64,000 nucleotides of DNA from Asterias rubens. Taxonomy: Eukaryota. This document shows, piece after piece, positions 1-12,800 of this stretch (position 1 is its first letter; each line of letters begins with the position of its first letter). The translations under genes and the position numbers were made by a program. Below the pieces are notes generated by a model that was not told the origin of the DNA, searched no databases, and saw nothing but the letters and a program-made list of their open reading frames with translations. The stretch lies in the NCBI RefSeq assembly GCF_902459465.1, contig NC_047072.1:14136001-14200000 (forward strand). The letters run 5' to 3'.

Positions 1-195
1 CTAAATTTGACAAAACTTGCAAAACAGAAAATTGTGCTCAGCAAGCTGTGCAGAAATTAGAAGGAACCAGTCATAAACAGTATACAAAAGATGGCATTAT
101 GGGCTCATCCCTACTAAGCAAGAGTTTTCTGTGCTAAGCCTCTTGTGCTTGCCTCTTGGACCATAAAATTTAACAATAACTTGAATACTCCCTAC

Positions 196-2275
196 CTGCA
201 TTAATTTCATTGTAATTGATCTGATCGGTTGTATCACTGCTGTCTTTGTTCTGCCATCATTCCTTCCTTCTGGTGAATCACCTCCTACATCTTTTTTCAC
301 TGACGTCGCCTCTCCTCCACTTTTCGACTTGACTCCGAAAGACATTGAAAATGGTCTCGCTTTCTTCTGTCCACCTCCATTGTCTGGACTTGTTGATTTA
401 CGCTTCTCTCCTTGTGACAGCGGAGAAGTGTGCGGTGCATTGTGACTTATTTCCAGTCTTGTTCTAACGTCAGGGTCTGTCGATATCTTAGAGTTTGTGT
501 CCTCCGTGACCCCTGAAGTTGAAACATAGGTACTGCCACAGTTGAAACAAGGGTGCTTATTTGAACTCTTGATAATTAGAGGAGATTTATACGCACCTTT
601 TATACCACCACGACATCTATTTTAATAAGTGGGTGGTGAGCTAGAGCGCTGATACACAAATAGGATCATGCTTTATATGCCGAGGTCAGGCTCTTGCAGA
701 CTTTGTTGAAATCACTCCTGACCTTTTGTTTTACTGTTATCGATCATCGGTACTGATCGATGCTTACCTGCAACACAAAATGGTTAAAACCCATGTATAC
801 AAATTGTACGTTGTTCAAGTTACTGCACCCAACAATACTTTTTTAACATTAGGACATCTGCCATGGAAGAGTCTGAGTGAACGTTGTGTGTTTCAAGGAT
901 TAACATCGCCTGCGTATCTTCCCAGAGTTTAAAAAGTATAGGCCCTAGATGTTTTCGATGGATTTTAGAGCAGTTTTTTTGTCACTCCATGGTTTGTGTT
1001 TTGATTCGTGCAAGGCATTTGTACACAGGTACCAACAAATACATGACCTTTAACTTGGACCCTACATGCAAGATAATTCCAAATTAAATGTTAAAAAGGC
1101 ATTGTTTGATTTAATAATTGGGACTATGCCAACTGAGTAAAAAAAATTAAGACTTTGACATTTTCTAGTCCATATTTTTAACCAGTCCCTGCCAACCATC
1201 TATTTGTCTTGTCCACTTGGTTGGCTCTCTTTTGTCATCGGTTATCATAGTCGATGGTAGTTGCGATAACGTAACCCTCCTGCCGTTGGCGTAGCCTCCG
1301 ACTACGCCGTCGGCAGGAGGGTTACGTTGTCGCAACTAGGTCGATGGCAACCATGATAAGACCAATGATAACAGAGAGCCGCAACAGCCAAACAAGGTGG
1401 GCTACTACACTACATACTGTTTATTTACGGTCCCCAAGAAAATAGCAAAATCAATACCAAGGCTTGACCCAGTGACTGGGGCGCTAGATTCCTTTTTTCA
1501 AAATGTTTACATAAATTTTGAAAAAAAGAATCTAGCGCCCCAGTCACTGGGTCTATACCAAGACATTTATTACATTGCATGTTTTGTTAATATGGTTGTT
1601 TAGATTGATCTGTCAGATTTAATTGACTCCCGTGTCAAACATCCTATCACATAGTTGCGATAACGTAACCCTCCTCCCGGACGACGGCGAGGAGGGGAGA
1701 GTTACGTTATCGCAACTACCTATCACATTCACAGTGACCAGAATATAAAGTCAGTACAAAGTATCAATATTATTTATTAACGATTTCCAATTCATAAACC
1801 ATTGACATAAAGGCTGAAAGACACCAATGTTTACTATGAAAAAAATGGCTGTTCGAAGACTTGGGTAGTTGCCCTTGTGGGAGTTTGCTGAGTTACCTTG
1901 GGCGCAGGCTTGAGTTCCCAAACAAAAAAACAATCATATCCCCCCTTTAATAATAATAGGCTCCACCGGACCTAGTTCCAAAAAGAAAAATTAACGGTCT
2001 TCATGACGCCCGCCCTCTTGCGATTAGAAATTACCAGTCAATCAGTACTGCAGTCAATAATAGAAGAAATTACCCGGAGTGAGAGAGCAATCCGAAAAGT
2101 ATGGTTTTTCAGGCAATCAAAATGGATTGGTAAGAAAAAACTACAATTTATTAAGAAGAAATTGTTCTTGTTATCAAAACATGACAAGATTTATCAAAAA
2201 TGTTCATAGAAACTCTTAAAAATAACCTTCATTTTCCACCGATGGTTTCAGTCGATCGCTGTCTTTTTCGGCCAT
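196..2275 (-). CDS. PCNP: PEST-containing nuclear protein-like gene, 5' part (exon 1 2275-2227, exon 2 512-196; continues off the window start)
   Basis: AAAATGGCC start gives MAEKDSDRLKPSVENE with a phase-1 GT donor. The phase-1 acceptor (ctatgtttcaacttcag) opens exon 2 GVTEDTNSK...KKARPFSMSFGVKSK...IQPIRSITMKLMQ, ending at CAG|GTAGGG. FSMSFG and SITMKL resemble the PCNP motifs ISKFGFAIG and AISIKLG (recalled, not searched). Confidence 0.65.
1258..1338. mobile_element. 81-bp palindromic MITE, TIR TAGTTGCGATAACGTAAC, 9-bp TSD
   Basis: Near-perfect hairpin flanked by agtcgatgg (1249-1257) and ggtcgatgg (1339-1347). Confidence 0.75.
1466..1553. repeat. 88-bp palindrome (GACCCAGTGACTGGGGCGCTAGATTC... 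arms), probable MITE
   Basis: ~39-bp near-perfect inverted arms; the direct repeat ataccaag lies close on both sides. Confidence 0.6.
1652..1718. mobile_element. 67-bp palindromic MITE, same family as 1258-1338, perfect 9-bp TSD
   Basis: TAGTTGCGATAACGTAAC...GTTACGTTATCGCAACTA flanked on both sides by cctatcaca. Confidence 0.8.
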
Positions 2276-2430
2276 TTTGTTGTCTGGTACTTGCTGTTAA
2301 ATGTGGTGATATATAATAAAAGCGTATCAGGTAACCAGACTAGTTACCGCAATGTTGTTAAACAAAATTCCATCAGCTGATTATGTCGATGCAGTCTCAC
2401 CTCACTCAAGTTTTGTTGTCAGGTTGATTA
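2276..2430. promoter_or_regulatory. Probable shared (head-to-head) promoter region of the PCNP-like and ARM-like genes
   Basis: PCNP ATG at 2275 on the - strand; donor-like sites on the + strand (cag|gtaacc ~2330, cag|gttgat ~2422) could end 5'UTR exons of the + strand gene. Inferred. Confidence 0.35.
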
Positions 2431-3140
2431 ATTCAGGTTTACTGGTTTGCCTTGAAAAATTATAATTGTCATTTAATTACAAAGCTTCTGTCATTGGTAC
2501 AAAACAAATCAATCATCAATGTACTGAGTGAGTTGTATTTTTGTATTGTAACTCTTGAACTTGATTTGATTTGAAGTATGGTTTCCTAAAAAAAAAAGAT
2601 TATTTAATTAATTAATAATATTAATAATAGGCCTAATCAATTTTGGAAACAATAATTTATTATTTTTCTTGGCTGATGAGTGATAAAATTGAATCAATTC
2701 ATGATTTAATTGAACATCTTTTTCGACAACAGCTTGCCTTAGTAAAAAAAAACTTGTTAATAATTTAGGCCTATATTTTGTTAATATAAATTAAAACTTG
2801 CTCCTAAAACTATGACTCTGCAGTCAGAGGCTCATTCCGCTATCGTCTGGCTAGTGGTGACGATTGTCTGAATGATAACGGAAAGAAATTAGAAAGAACC
2901 GCCATTACATTAGTTCTATTACCACTTTAAATTATACAAAGTTTAAAGTAAATAAACTGTGCTTTGAATTTTTAATCAGAAGTACAACTATCCTTGAACT
3001 ATGAGGTTCGTTCCGCTGTCGTAGACGATAGTGGAACAAACTTCATAGTTCTAGCTGAGTAGCCTATGTTACAATGTTTGAATCTAATGACTTTAATGTA
3101 CATAACAATAAATTGAAAACAAAAATATGTGATCTGAAAC

Positions 3141-3521
3141 TTAACGGCAGTGGACACTATTGGTAATTACTCAAAACAATTATTAGCATAAAACCTTACT
3201 TGGTAACGAGTAATGGGGAGCTGTTGGTAGTATAAAACATTGTGAGAAACGGCTCCCTCTGAAGTGACGTAGTTTTCGAAGTAATTTTCCACGAATTTGA
3301 TTTCAAGACCTCAGAATTAAATTTTGAGGTCTCAAAATCAAGCATCTGAAAGCACACAGCTTCGTATGACAAGTGTGTGTTTTTCTTTCATTATTATCTC
3401 ACAACTTCGATGACCAATTGAGCTCAAATGTTCACAGGTTTGTTATTTTATGCACATGTTGAGATACACAAAGTTAGAAGACTGGTCTTTGACAATTACC
3501 AATATTGTTCAGTGTCTTTAA
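3141..3521. mobile_element. Kolobok-type (TTAA) MITE family 1
   Basis: TTAA-cGGCAGTGGACACTATTGGTAATT...AATTACCAATATTGTTCAGTGTCT-TTAA; ~380 bp; 10 related copies in the window. Confidence 0.85.
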
Positions 3522-3802
3522 GTGAATAGGCCTACACCCTTTTTGTTTCAAAATGTTTGTTGATCAATCTCTAAGCCTGAAACCCATTTAATTGAGCAAA
3601 TTTGAGGTCTGGACTGTCATGACGATTGTGATTGGGGTTAAAATTCATTTGCATGGTTTTCTTTACTGCTTCAGTTTACAGGTAAGAGTGGTTCAACCAT
3701 GAATGTAAACTCCATCTTGCTATGAGTAACCAATGTCAAAGTTAAAGACATAAATGCAAGACTCTCCAGGAAGCTGAAGGGTTCAACTTGAATATTCTGG
3801 CC

Positions 3803-6800
3803 ATGGATCCTCCTGGAGTTGTTGAAGGCAAACGTTTGCAGAAGACCCCTGGCCCTGCATCCACCAAAGCTGGTTACAGTGAATCTTTATTTAGACCTAA
3901 AGAGAGCGTAAGGTATAAAATTACAATTTAGTTATAAATAAATTGTTTAAAACAATAATTGAAAGCAAATTTCAATGTACCACGACTAACTGCACTTGAA
4001 ATATCCTCGGGGGCTTGTAAGATTCAAATGAATAAACCCAACATTCTTGAGCAGATGTCTTTACCACTAGACAACTGAGTGTGCACAGTGACGCAAAGTG
4101 GTCTACATGTACTGGATTGAAACATGTCTTAGGGCATGCTTGCTGATTGACTGAAACAATGTCACTGGGCATGCTTGATGATTGGGTGAAACAATGTCAC
4201 TGGGCATGCTTGATGATTGAATGAAACAATGTCACTGGGCATGCTTGCTGATTGAGTGAAACAATGTCACTGGGCATGCTTGCTGATTGAGTGAAACAAT
4301 GTCACTGGGCATGCTTGCTGATTGAGTGAAACAATGTCACTGGGCATGCTTGCTGATTGAGTGAAACAATGTCACTGGGCATGCTTGCTGATTGGGTGAA
4401 ACAATGTCACTGGGCATGCTCGCTGATTGAGTGAAACAATGTCACTGGGCATGCTCGCTGATTGAGTGAAACAATGTCACTGGGCATGCTTGCTGATTGA
4501 GTGAAACAATGTCACTGGGCATGCTTGCTGATTGGGTGAAACAATGTCACTGGGCATGCTCGCTGATTGAGTGAAACAATGTCACTGGGCATGCTCGCTG
4601 ATTGAGTGAAACAATGTCACTGGGCATGCTTGCTGATTGAGTGAAACAATGTCACTGGGCATGCTTGCTGATTGGGTGAAACAATGTCACTGGGCATGCT
4701 TGCTGATTGGGTGAAACAATGTCACTGGGCATGCTTGCTGATTGAGTGAAACAATGTCACTGGGCATGCTTGCTGATTGAGTGAAACAATGTCACTGGGC
4801 ATGCTTGCTGATTGAGTGAAACAATGTCACTGGGCATGCTTGCTGATTGGGTGAAACAATGTCACTGGGCATGCTTGCTGATTGAGTGAAACAATGTCAC
4901 TGGGCATGCTTGCTGATTGAGTGAAACAATGTCACTGGGCATGCTTGCTGATTGAGTAAAACAATGTCACTGGGCATGCTTGCTGATTGGGTGAAACAAT
5001 GTCACTGGGCATGCTTGCTGATTGAGTGAAACAATGTCACTGGGCATGCTTGCTGATTGGGTGAAACAATGTCACTGGGCATGCTTGCTGATTGAGTAAA
5101 ACAATGTCACTGGGCATGCTTGCTGATTGAGTGAAACAATGTCACTGGGCATGCTTGCTGATTGGGTGAAACAATGTCACTGGGCATGCTTGCTGATTGA
5201 GTGAAACAATGTCACTGGGCATGCTCGCTGATTGAGTGAAACAATGTCACTGGGCATGCTTGCTGATTGGGTGAAACAATGTCACTGGGCATGCTTGCTG
5301 ATTGAGTGAAACAATGTCACTGGGCATGCTTGCTGATTGGGTGAAACAATGTCACTGGGCATGCTTGCTGATTGAGTAAAAAAATGTCACTGGGCATGCT
5401 TGCTGATTGAGTGAAACAATGTCACTGGGCATGCTTGCTGATTGGGTGAAACAATGTCACTGGGCATGCTTGCTGATTGAGTGAAACAATGTCACTGGGC
5501 ATGCTTGCTGATTGAGTGAAACAATGTCACTGGGCATGCTAGCTGATTGAGTGAAACAATGTCACTGGGCATGCTTGCTGATTGAGTGAAACAATGTCAC
5601 TGGGCATGCTTGCTGATTGAGTAAAACAATGTCACTGGGCATGCTAGCTGATTGAGTGAAACAATGTCACTGGGCATGCTTGCTGATTGAGTGAAACAAT
5701 GTCACTGGGCATGCTTGCTGATTGAGTGAAACATTGCACTGGGCATGCTTGCTGATTGAGTGAAACAATGTCACTGGGCATGTTTGCTGATTGAGTGAAT
5801 AGTAAATTGTTCTGGAATGCATGGTTCAAACCCCACTCAAGGAGGCTGAGTGAAGCTTTGAGTACCGGTATATATATAAAATAATAGACCCTTCCCATGA
5901 AATATGTAAATTGCACATAGCGCATGCACACTAACATTTTGGTTGGCAAAATGAGGGAATATCGCGCTGTTTTGTACACGAATAATGGGTGCGTGACGTA
6001 GACGCGATTGTGCGTCTGCTTAGTGCACAACTCTTTGGCGTTTGCCAACCAATAGGGTCTGTACGCATGCGTGAATGTAATTAGCATATTTCATGGCAAG
6101 GGTCCATTGCCCGACACTCGTCAGTGTAAGGTGAAAGACCTGAATAATGTTTTGTTTCCCTGGTGCAATTACCAATCAATTAAATTCTAAAAGCTTCCTG
6201 AATGAAGATCCAAGCATTTGAAATGACACAAGAAAATGTTGTAGTCTCACATTGATCAATAATTTGCTGTTTCAGTTTTGTAACAGGTTTTTGCAGTTCT
6301 GCCATTCCAGCTAATGGAAGCAGTGGATTTTTTTTTTTTTTAACTACTAACATTTGTAATGATAATGGTACGGAAAACATCTTTACCCTTACTAGCAAAA
6401 TGGGAACCATGTTTAGTGTGGATAGCTGGTGGATAGTGTTGAACTTTTGGAGTAGAGCATGCCTATAGGGCTCGCTTCCATTTTACACTCACTTTTACAT
6501 TCAGCCTTCTGTCCAATGTGTTGTGATTGGATACAGATGAAGTGATAAATCTTTTCCTCCATACTCCTTGACTCCCCAAACACTTGAATTTGTTTCTACA
6601 TTCAGCCAAGAAAGATTACAGCTGAGCGACATCTTTGACCGACTTGAGAAGATATCCCTTGATCCTCATCCGCAGTCATCACTTGACATCCCTCATGCAT
6701 CGGTACTCACCGCCAAGCTCAATACTCGCTGCTCATGTGGCAACATCACCAACTCAACCTCAAACCAGAGTCAGCTGAGGAATGGTGGCCCATCATCAAG

Positions 6801-9800
6801 TGAATCATCATCGAGTAATTCATCAGACTCTGATGCAGATTCTGATGAGGAGCCATTCTCATTAGTTAATTTGATCGGGATATTGGTTGCACAGGAAATG
6901 AAAGGCTCCACAAAGCAGCTGGGCGCTGTTAGAAACTTGGCTGTCAGGTGCCATGGTGATAAGATTTCAGATAAGCATCTTCACCAGGTGAGATTTGGGG
7001 TTTAGTTTATTCATTTGACCTGAAAAGCAGCTACAAATTGACTTTGTGTCTGTGTCAAGCTTTGGTATGCCCTTGTCAGGCCTGGGGTTTTACAGAAGCC
7101 ATAAAAGCCATGCCCTCTGTTGCCCTGGTCTTGGCCTCGGTGCCCCTTCAAAAGATATCCGTAGACTTTAAGACTTTCAAATGGAAATGCCCCTTGCAAA
7201 ATGAGAATGGCCTTGCCCTCTTAAAGATAGTGAACACAGTTGGAAAGAATTTTAATTATTGTCAACTCCAGTTTGCCATATATCCAATACCTGACTTTAC
7301 CTTCATAGACCCCTGTTAGTGAAACAGTTATAATGGTGTCACTTGTTTTGAAATGAATTAAGTTAAGTTAAGTTGATTCTCAAGCATGCACTATATCTTC
7401 CATGTTGGTTGACTCCAATATGGCAATTAAGGTTGCTGCCTAATTATTCTGCAGTAGGTGTGTTACTGTGACTTTAGGGGAGTGCTAACTATTTCTTAAC
7501 ACCACTTCATGTTTGTTTTCTTTACATAGCTTGTGCGACTAACCATCTCTAGTAATCAACAAGTTAGAAATGTTGCTTTCCTTGCCATGAGACAGGCAGC
7601 TACCAATGAATCCAACAGTAAGATACTCCTCCAAATGGGTATAGTCCCTCAAATCCTAACCCTCCTGCAGGATAAAATGGAAGCTCCCAGCCATGCAGTA
7701 GCTGCTGCAGCATTGGAGAAGGTATGGACAATTTCACTACTTTCCAGGGTTGTAGTATCATAACATTTGGAAATAAAATTTAATTGTTTTTTCACACAGT
7801 GCTTCTAGACTTATTTTACCTACATTTCTTGTGTATGAAACCAGTAAAATCTGAGATTATTTGGTGAGGAACTTGCTTTAAAATGTTCACTAAGTTTTAG
7901 GACTTTTTTTTGAAAATGTTTGCGAATTTGTAAAGGCTGCATTTTCTCCGTTCATACATATTCGTTCCAGGTTGTGATGCACACAAATCTGACGGATCAT
8001 TGGCTGGAGAACATGATCACTGTGGGCTTGCCAATCCTTATTGGCTGTTTATCAACCAATCAGGCGGTAGAGACTAAAGTAGCTGTGGGCCAATTGCTGA
8101 GTAGTCTAGGACGCTGCTTTGAGATTGCTGTCTTGTTACTGGATCACTGTATGACAGACATTATGGATGTCTGGCTTAGATATCCAGCTATGAAGGTAAC
8201 TCTGAGCTTAAAGGGTATATGTACTTTTTCCTAACACAGAACACAATGTCCACAGATTTACATTAAACTTACACAGTTTGAAGATTATGATAGTAGAAAG
8301 CTTCCATTGAAATTGTACTTACTGAGGTGCTGTAGTTTTTGAGAAATGAGTAAAAGTAATAATTTTCGTCTCAGTTTAGCATGTAAAAACGTATTAACCA
8401 GTTATGCTATGGTTTTGGTATAATATCATAACTGGTTAAGGGGATTTTACATGCTAAAATAATTTTGGTCTCATGAGACCAAAATTATTTTGTGACTTGT
8501 CTTACTCATTTCACAAAAACTACACAACCTTAGTTTGTAATATTTGAAGGGAAGCTTTCCACTATCATTATCTTCAAACCCTGTAAGTTTAATGTAAATC
8601 TGTGGACATTTTGAAAAAGTACCCGAATCCTTTAACATAATCACATACAGATTTTGTTTTAACCTCACTCGAAATCCTTCTATTCCATTTAAGTTGAACA
8701 ACTCGATAACCAAAAGCCTGTGCTAGAAAAAGAAGAATCAAACACTGAGCCTTACTGTTGCTTCAGTGAAATGTAATACTTACTGAATGCTTTTACATAT
8801 TTCAGAGGCACATATTTGTGTGTATGTATCGGAGTGCAATTTAATTATAAAAACAATGAGGTAACAGGCTTGGAGTTGTATTTTTGAGAGGCCAAGGCTA
8901 CTTTTATTTTTCAAAGGGCTTTTTCTTAAAGTCTATTGGAAACTTTTGAAAGGGCACCAAGACCAAGACCAGGGCAACAGAGGCTGCGGCCTTGTAATTG
9001 AAGACCTGCAGTAGTGTACCCTGAAACTTTTATAAATTGAATGCAAACAATTGTTAATAGCCTGACGTTCCGACCCTAGTAGAGTCTTTCTCGATAGATC
9101 TCATAAAGATATGTCATTGTCTCTTTTATTTGATAGAAGTTTTGGCAAAGGTTTTATGGAATTTTTGTAGGGTGAAAACTATCTCATTTTTTACGCAAAA
9201 GAACTGTACAAGTCTGTTCATATTTATTTGCGCAAAAATAGACAATTGCCTGACGTTTCATCCGAGCAGAGTCTTTCTATTTTTTGCATTTATACTAAAG
9301 GTCCTTTTGCTTGTTAAGCAGTTTCTTATTCATAATTGCTTTTGCTTGTTTTAAAAGCAGTTTCTTATTCATAATTGCTTTTGCTTGTTAAGCAGTTTCT
9401 TATTCATAATTGCTTTTGCTTGTTAAGCAGTTTCTTATTCATAATTGCTTTTGCTTGTTAAGCAGTTTCTTATTCATAATTGCTTTGTGTAACAGGAAAG
9501 TCTGACAGGCACGTTCAGCCATCTCCTTCAGCACACAGACCACACGGTAGCAGGAGTGATAGAGCATAGAGTCATGGAACATATAGCAGTAGCACTGACA
9601 CAAGAGAATTGGTAAGCCCAACAGGAGAGAAATTGCCATAAGGTTTATCGCGATTCAGAACCGCAATGCATTGTGGGAAGGAATATGGGGCGGTTTCTAT
9701 GCACTTTGAACGACTCGCGCACGGAACGCCTATACCTTGTGTTGGTTCAACAGCGCCCTCTCTTGATATTTTGCTATTCGCGATAAACCTTAATTATTCA

Positions 9801-12800
9801 GAAACCATTCAACCTGTAACTGCCAGGGATAGCGCCCAAGTTTACGATACAATCTGGGAAGTGGCAGTGGAGGTTTTTATTTTGTTAGCTGTGTTCAGAG
9901 TGATCACCTTAAGAAGGCACAACGTTTAATTTCAAATATCAAGTAATAAACTACAAGGAAAATGACTAGTTAAATTTTAAATAACTATTGGTTGGATAAA
10001 AAACAATTTACTAGAACAGAACTTAAACCTGGATTAACGTGCCGGCACTCTACAACTGAGCTACCTAGTCCATAGGTTGGCGGTCTCCCTATTTTGTGAA
10101 TATCTTTGTTAAGAGAAGAAATGGTTTGTGGTCTATGACAAAAACTTTCCGCTTAAGCGACAATTTTGCTATCATTTGACTCCTTGATGTTCTTAAGGCC
10201 AGACATTGTACATGCTTAGTCTTCTTGTCTGTGACCACCCCATACTATTATTAAGTTCTGATAAGTAGTTTTCCCTAACATTCCACTACCTAATGGTATG
10301 GAAAAAAACCTGAACCTGAACCTGTTTCTTTAGCTGTGTTCAGATTAAAGCTGCTGAATTCTTCTTAGCGCTGTGCTGCTCTGAGTATGGCCGGTCTGCC
10401 TTACTGGATGATGGTAAGCTGAAGGTGATCCTGAGAGTGCTAAGAGCAACACATTGTAGGTGAGGAATCTTAAGCCTTGATGTTAAAACTGTTCCACTTA
10501 GCTATCTTGGAATCCCAAAAAAAAAACCAATCCTATAGCCCGGTTCATACTTTCTGCAAATGCAAAAGCAAAACAAATTTGGATGTCAGAGCTGTGTTTT
10601 TGCAGCTGATGTTTCGCAGGAGTTGAGCACATTCCAACTTTTTTTGAGTTATTCGTTGAGAATTTGTGATGTCAAAGTTCGTATTGCATTCGTAGGAACT
10701 ATGAACCAGGATTTAGTTTCACTACACCCAATTATAATCACCGTCCCAACATGTTGGTTCCTTTGGTCACTTTATTGTACAGAATACCATTTTAGTTTTG
10801 AGCTTTCAGTTTGTCTTGTAATGCTGCGACTAAATAACAAATCCTAAATTGTATTTGATCTCAGAAAGCAGGGTCATATCATTCATGAGATCTCTGAGCT
10901 ACAAAGCTTGTAGATGGAGCACTTTTACAATATAACTCAGAAATGTCTCATTCAGTTGTTGCGCCAAATTATTGTGATTCAATTTGAATACATTCCCAGC
11001 TAGTTTCCATTTGTTGATTCCTAACGTCAATATTGTTTGTTTTTTTAAAACAGAAGATTGAGAGAGTTATGCGTTGCCACGTTGACAGAGATCCTAAAAA
11101 CTGCCTCCCCAAACAAACTGAAAGACGTGACCCAACAAACAGACTCTGCATTTAGTGATGAGCTAACCTCAGACCACAAGATTTCTGAAATCAGGAGAAG
11201 GAAGGAAGATCCAGCTTATCTGGCAACCAGGAAGAAAGATTCCTCTGCGAGAAGCGAAGGTGGTACTAAAGTCCTCATCAGAATTCTAGTTGAGACAATT
11301 CACAAAGAAGGTAGTATTTTGCTATATTTCATTCTTTATATCTGTCAAATTGTTTCCCCAAATGGTCTTTGACTGATGAGAGATGAAAATTCCTTGACCC
11401 TAAAGGTCCCAAATCCTTCAAAATCCAACTGCATCCTTTTTCTGATTCTGTTGGGCTGAGATAGTCACACTGTAGAGCTCTGTGTTGAGTTAACACATGG
11501 TGTTGGATTTTGTTAGAGTGAGGAAGGATCCTAGTAAAGCATTTAAGGGAGTTTGGGGGGAAAAAGTAATTAATACAACAAACCATATTTATTTTGTTGT
11601 TGTACAATTTTTGTGTGGTATCTTTTAGGTTTGAGACTGTATCATTCAAAGACATTTTTTACATAAACTCATTCGCAAAATGGAAAGTAAATTTGAGGCT
11701 CTCTCTTTTATTACAGCAAAGATAACTTTGGACCAAAACAAGAAGATTAAATCAATTGGATTCCATCCCGGTGTGGATTTTTTCAAGACTCTCTCAAATA
11801 CTGTCTTTTGTATGTGTCAGCTAGCGACAATAGCAACTGGTAGACAGCGAATGAGAACTTCAAGTCACAGTGGCAGAATAACCATTCAGGGGTAAGAGTA
11901 CTGATGTAATATTTAAAAGATGGAAATTTGCATCAGGGATAAAGAATATTCTTTTTGGTTTTATCAATTTTTGGTTTTACAGTGCTTACACACATCAGTG
12001 TATATGGATACAACCTAAATCAATACTGAAGTAATTTACCAAACACTTGTTCTTTGGAATCAAGATTTATATTTTCATATTGTGGTACTTGAGTTCAGAT
12101 CGCTTATGAAATCTGGTCTGCAATGAAAATGAAGTAGAAACAACTTTAAACTTTGATCATGACAAAAAAGGGCCAATTGTAGAAAGGTTGTGACACCTGC
12201 AAACCCTTTCTCTTAGTGGTAAGTGCTGTGCAACCCTCCAAAGGATAAAGCAATAATGATTAGGTGTCTTGCTTAAGGACACAAGTAACCCACACTCTGC
12301 TGATCAGAAACACCAGAGCTTGAGCCCGGTGCTCTTGACTGCTCAGTCAAAACACGCTGTGTAGCTTACAACTGAAGAAAATGAGTGTTAGATCCATTTA
12401 TGCCTCTCTGTGCATATTTCTGACAGTCGTTAAACAAATTTAGCCAATGTGCTTTCCTTGCCGCCTTGGATTATTGATGTAAAAACATTCTTTTAAAACG
12501 TTATTCACCTATTGATTTTAATGTTGTGGCAAGTTGATTTCCACTAAAATCCATGTTTCTGGAGAGAAGACCGGTTCTTTGTATAATGCTGTCCATTCAT
12601 GAGTTGGTTCTCTTACTTTGTTTCATAGGTCAAAGGGCAAGACCTTAAAAGTCAACTCTGCTGTCGTCCAGTTTATGTTCATCCATGGTGCTCTGTGTAT
12701 TCTTAATCTTCTACATACCTACACAGTTTGGCTGTTCCCAGACATTATTAAAGAACTGTCACTAACTGAACAGCAAAGGAACTTAGACATTCTGCATCTA

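Noticed and set aside
4150-5798. CRISPR-like appearance of the 35-bp repeats and the 141-bp array
   Set aside because: The units are contiguous or have identical spacers, there are no cas genes and the context is eukaryotic.
5644-6087. 147-aa minus-strand ORF
   Set aside because: It runs through a MITE and the 35-bp minisatellite, whose period is not a multiple of 3.
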